Shown here: positions 59,627 to 64,000 of the stretch, in pieces
Layout: every line of letters starts with the position of its first letter
Numbering within the stretch: the first letter of the stretch is position 1
Source: Macrostomum lignano
Lineage: Eukaryota
Assembly: GCA_002269645.1 (NCBI GenBank)
Contig: NIVC01000102.1
Coordinates: forward strand, 825,950-889,949
DNA length: 64,000 nucleotides
Direction: 5' to 3'
Notes under the pieces: generated by a model
Databases searched by the model: none
What the model was told of the DNA's origin: nothing
Seen by the model: only the letters and a program-made list of their open reading frames with translations
Position numbers and translations under genes: made by a program

Positions 59627-59966
59627 CAAGCAGGAGAGCTGAGAGTGCAGCTGCTGCAGCACTCAGACTGGCATCTCAAGCAGGAGAGCTGAGAGTGCAG
59701 CTGCTGCAGCACTCAGACTGGCATCTCAAGCAGGAGAGCTGAGAGTGCAGCTGCTGCAGCACTCAGACTGGCATCTCAAGCAGGAGAGCTGAGAGTGCAG
59801 CTGCTGCAGCACTCAGACTGGCATCTCAAGCAGGAGAGCTGAGAGTGCAGCTGCTGCAGCACTCAGACTGGCATCTCAAGCAGGAGAGCTGAGAGTGCAG
59901 CTGCTGCAGCATTCAGACTGGCATCTCAAGCAGGAGAGCTGAGAGTGCAGCTCCTGCAGCACTCAG
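59627..59966. repeat. 50-bp tandem repeat, about 6.8 near-identical copies, intronic
   Basis: gagagtgcagctgctgcagcactcagactggcatctcaagcaggagagct period 50; only 2 variant bases seen. Confidence 0.97.
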
Positions 59967-60024
59967 TCCAACCCAATCTTAACTTAACTGCCCTGAGTTT
60001 CGCTGCCAGCCTGTTGGAAGACGC

Positions 60025-61121
60025 TGTAATGTGAGCATCTAATGTAAATTACTGTTAGTCTTCGAATTACTAATTGTTGATTTGTTCAATTTTTAGTCAT
60101 GTTTATTAAATTTCTTTTTGTTAGTTAGAGTTTATTTTTGTAAAATAATTCAAAACAGTTCGACACGTTTCCAGAACCAGTCCGGCTCAGGCTCAGCGGA
60201 GGGTCGAAAACTTAGCAATGTAGCCGGCTTTGCGCGGTCAGCAAATCAGGATCGGCCTGGGCCCCTGGCACGCGGCAAGCCAGATCTACCCGGCCTGAGA
60301 GCGCGCCGCGGGTTAAATGCAAGTGGAATTATTGATCGGCCAGCCAAAAACCCACCACCGGCCTGAGGGGGTTTTGGAGTAACTGTATATGAAACTATGT
60401 TTTTGGCAGTCGGATCTCGAGTGCTGGTTTTTCTTTCCGGCCTCTGTTCTCATCTGCTGGCCGTTTTGCCACCTGCCGCGCTTTGAGGCGCCTATCGAGT
60501 CGAGCCCAGGCCCATATTTTATTCCGTTGCCCGACCGCAGTAGCCTTGCCGGCGTAACATTCGCGACGACCTCGTTCAGAGTTTGTCGTCGGCAAGCACG
60601 GTCTAGACAGGAGCTTCCGGTTTGACACAGTACGCGACCTCGATCCCGAGGGCCCCAGTGTTTCACTGAAAGGCATATCTGGTAGGATTTGGCCAGGGAT
60701 TCACTGAACTACCAGGCCCTGAGTGTCCTCTTCTGAGAGTAGGATCAGGCCAGGTTTGTAGGAAAGCTTCTCCGTTAGCCAAGATCCGCTGGCCAAAGTG
60801 CGTTATTATTTTATCGAGTGTTAAATTGCAAATTGCGTTATCTAATCCGTGTAACTCCGTGTTAATCAATTATAAACATTCAACTCTCAGCCATTATTCT
60901 CTCAGATAAGGACTATCACTCAATCTAAATCTATCTGGATTAGTCTTAATTCTGTGTTATTCAATTTCTCGTACCGTATCTGCGACTATTGGAGAAAGTC
61001 TGGTAGGACTCGCCGACCGGCGATAGGCAAATTAGCTAGGAGCTAAGAATTAAAAGTTTTAAAATCTCCGATCGCTCCAGTATAGGTTTGTCTAGGGCCT
61101 AAACTATTTGCCGATATCACA
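60025..61121 (+). mobile_element. About 1.1-kb LTR-like repeat (TG…CA), second copy, putative solo LTR
   Basis: Colinear with 10971-12140. No TSD seen. Confidence 0.7.
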
Positions 61122-61178
61122 ATATTATAAATGTCACTGCGCAAATGAGGTAAGGAAAGCTGAACCGGTCAGACTCAC

Positions 61179-61232
61179 CGATGGAGGCCCGAATCCCAGC
61201 GGTGAGCGGCTGCCTGCTGGGTCTCTGTGATT
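61179..61232 (-). CDS. Mab-21/cGAS-like gene, upstream 54-nt exon (gene start further upstream, not located)
   Basis: Strong polypyrimidine acceptor ctcttgctttccttccaacattgcAG and donor G|GTGAGT. Reads ITETQQAAAHRWDSGLH-R-LSDDSQQ in phase with the 59572 exon. Confidence 0.65.
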
Positions 61233-62210
61233 CTGCAATGTTGGAAGGAAAGCAAGAGTTCTCACAGCTGTTGAGTCAGATTCTCAGGCGGCACAAATCA
61301 CTTCAGTGAGTCGCAAAGTCCTATTGTATTTGAAGTTAAATTCTCAGTCAGTGCTTTATCAAAATTGCAACGCTTTTCAAGTAAAAAAAACAAAAAGTGG
61401 AGGGAGAGACAGGCTGAAGCAAAAGACCACGAGAAAGCACACACAAAGAAATACCACGAATAGGTGATTTAAAGAATTTCTAACTGGCTATGGATCCTAT
61501 GCTTACTGGACATATTTTAGGGTAACTTTAGGCTCTTAATAAAATAATTGCAACACAAGCTCAACGTGGCTGCACCTTAAATGCTTAGTATGAATTGGAA
61601 AACTTAATGAAGCCTAATGAAAGATCTATAAAGTAGGAAGTTAAGGAAAATGAGGCTTGATAATTCAACTTCCTTCGTAATTTCTTTGCGGATCTTTCTA
61701 AAACGTGCAGGCTTTATCTTTTTGTAAAAAGAGGCAAAATATGCCTTTTGCCATTAATTTATTTTTGAAATCAAGTCGACTATTGCATTAGACTTGCTTA
61801 CTTAGTCGAGTATACTTATTCGAGTATTAAGGTCATTAGCTAATTTTGTGTACGAGTACTTCATTAAGTTCTTGGTCCTTGTATTTTTGTTGCAAAGTGA
61901 AGTATCTAAGACAAATAAAATAGACTAGAGATAGTTTCTGTTAAGCGAGTGAGAGAATTCAAGATGACCAAATAAGTTTGGATGCTGAAAAGTATTTGGC
62001 AAAATACGTTGTCGTCTTTAATCATTCAGCCGAATAAAACAACGCAGGTATATTTTGCATTGCTCTATAGCAGTTGAGTTAAGTTAGAAACCTTTTTAGT
62101 CTTCAGTTCATAACAAACATTTTAGATGACGACAATTTGAACTTTTGCAACAATTGTTTAAATTAATAGCCTAAAATTACTCTTAAAATGTTAGAAATTC
62201 TTTAAATGAC

Positions 62211-62710
62211 CTATTCCTGGTATTTCTTCAGGTGGCGGCCATTGCATGATCTCTGTACAGTTCCCTCAAGTCCGTACAGGTTATTGCTTATGACATGTTC
62301 GACCATGTAAATCTTGGTACACCACGGTGTCTTCAGTTTGCCACCCTTCCGATCGTCACGGTCGAAGTTCCGCAGAAACACCTTGTCACCGACTTTGAAG
62401 CTGAGGATGCTGACAGACAGCGCACTTTTGAACGCAATCTTAAATAGATTTTTCATGCCGTCCCAGTGATAGGTCAGCTTCGATAGCTTATACCAGTGGC
62501 AGATGCCCGATTTTCATGGATCAATCAACACCACTCTTCTTGATGTTCTACCTCCAGGCGACGCACCGTTGACCGATAGCGCTTCTCCTGACTATCATTC
62601 CTGAGATCTGATGGAACAGCTGCTGGCCATCTTGCTTTTTTTCAACTTGCTTTTTAAGTTGTTCTTCTCCTTTGTTATTGTCAAAGACGCAGGGATGTTT
62701 TTTGCGCCGC
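62211..62710 (-). mobile_element. Ginger/Gypsy-integrase-like remnant (N- and C-terminal parts, core deleted)
   Basis: RRKKHPCVF…KLTYHWDGMK, then FKVGDKVFLRNF…RKGGKLKTPW (GPY/F-like C-terminus). Confidence 0.45.
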
Positions 62711-63441
62711 TATGCAAGTAAAGTTTTGTATCGGAATACGCGACACACATATTTATGATATTAGTGTCTTAAAATAAAAAGCCAAGTGCACGAAGTCCAG
62801 TGTACTAGTAGTGGATATACATGCCAACGTGTTGCGTAACAAAATGTACAATGATACATATCATACTGTATAGATTTAGATGTACTGAAAGTCAGAGGAC
62901 TTAAAAAAATTTCAAAAGACTTTTGGACGAGAATGCGCGGCTATAAAAAATTCGGCAATATCCATTGAGGTAATACGAATACGAATCACCACCTCGTATC
63001 AGATCATTCTCTGCGATTATTGACAAGTTTTTTATTTCGTAATCCTCAGAGAGAAATCACTCTAGAAGTGCGCTTGACATGACTTATGTCGTGCCGTATT
63101 CCATCTGGGCTCGAATAAAATAACGCATCCAAAGTTACCCAGTGTTGTGTCTTCTGTTTTTTAATGACAAATCAAATGAGCAAGTCTTGAACTTAAAATG
63201 TTAAATTAACCAGCCGATCTTCGACTCTTGTCTTTTTATTTATGTAATCCCCGCTTTAGCCCGGCCAGCTGCCTATCTCCTCCGTGTATTTTCATTTCTT
63301 GGACTCCAAGAAATAATTGTCTATGGCTAAAAAACATTCTTTCAAATGAGTTGAGACTCCCATCAGGCGTTTCTTGGAGGCCAAGAAATAATTGTCTCTG
63401 GTAGTCTCATTTCCTCCCGCTGGCTGCGGCAATTAAATATT

Positions 63442-63567
63442 ATAACCCCCACTTGATTCGGCTGTCTATGACCTAGAACGACTTCGGACTGCGCTTCTAG
63501 GCCTCGGCCTAGAAACGCAGTCCTCAGCCGTTCCTAGGCCAAAGAAACGAAATCAAGTGGGGATTAT
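63442..63567. mobile_element. 126-bp palindromic MITE-like element
   Basis: 17-bp terminal IR ataa(c/t)ccccacttgatt (1 mismatch) plus a central hairpin ggactgcg-c-ttctaggcc-tc-ggcctagaa-a-cgcagtcc. Confidence 0.6.
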
Positions 63568-63811
63568 CTTATACTTCTGCAAGCCTAGCTTGCTCTTGTT
63601 ACGCGTAGATCGCTAAAGCGTACGGTGCGTTGGCAAGCAAATTATTTTGTTTATGGTTCGGCTTGGCTTATAGCCACAGCGTCTCCCCTTTTTATAAAAA
63701 TAACTTGAACAGTTTAAGTCCATGGATGAATGAATAGAATGGATTGCTATTCTGGCTCTGGCTATTTTCGTTTTTGACTCTTTTGCATCCGGTTCCCCCC
63801 GTGCCTTTTCA

Positions 63812-64000
63812 TTGGTTGATGATTGCCATAGACAATTTTCGGCCTTCGCCCCTTTCTTTCGATGCACAAGCGCAAAGAACTGAGAATTTCAACAAAGTTC
63901 AATTTCAACACAAGTAACTTCTATTTACTAACAAGAAAGCGCTTGTGCATCGAAAGAAAGGGGCAAAGGCCGAAAATTGTCTATGGAAATCATCAACCAA
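63812..64000. repeat. 62-bp inverted repeat (2 mismatches, 65-nt spacer), may extend past the window edge
   Basis: 63812-63873 versus 63939-64000. Confidence 0.9.

Noticed and set aside
59663-59924. Six tandem uORFs (ATG CCA GTC TGA, M-P-V-stop) in the 50-bp repeat on the cGLR sense strand
   Set aside because: A phase-matched upstream exon (61179-61232) and an acceptor at 59573 place the array in an intron, not a 5' UTR. It would matter only if an internal TSS exists.
1-64000. Prokaryotic defence system, prophage, rRNA or tRNA genes
   Set aside because: There is no operon structure, no such protein motifs, and no tRNA or rRNA sequence recognisable by eye. The Mab-21 gene is spliced, so it is not a bacterial CD-NTase/CBASS locus.

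Overview
This is eukaryotic (animal) genomic DNA: it has spliceosomal GT-AG introns and metazoan-type transposons. The style suggests an invertebrate, possibly a Macrostomum-like flatworm, but that is inference only. Over half of the window is decayed, often nested transposable elements: several Gypsy/Ty3 LTR elements (two with both LTRs and 5-bp TSDs), Bel/Pao remnants, an APE-type LINE, a mariner, MITEs and minisatellites. Four host loci sit underneath. (1) A spliced + strand gene of unknown product at 1-5.6 kb. (2) A heavily mutated polycystin-1/PKD1-like gene (WSC, C-type lectin, PKD, GPS, PLAT, TM motifs in order) spread over about 6.2-38.4 kb, with a LINE and a Gypsy inserted directly into coding sequence. 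(3) A tentative adhesion-GPCR-like remnant at about 38.7-39.6 kb. (4) A minus-strand Mab-21/cGAS-like nucleotidyltransferase (cGLR-type) gene. The ORF track shows it only as fragments; three exons (61179-61232, 59208-59572, 48591-50241) splice in phase across a 9-kb retrotransposon-filled intron, with one homopolymer frameshift. The most striking structure is the LINE at 20760-28585. It encodes a 2A-like ribosome-skipping motif (GDVERNPGP) and its reading frame matches the host PKD exon at both junctions. There are no prokaryotic features, RNA genes or CRISPR arrays. All family calls come from motif recognition by eye; no database search was run.
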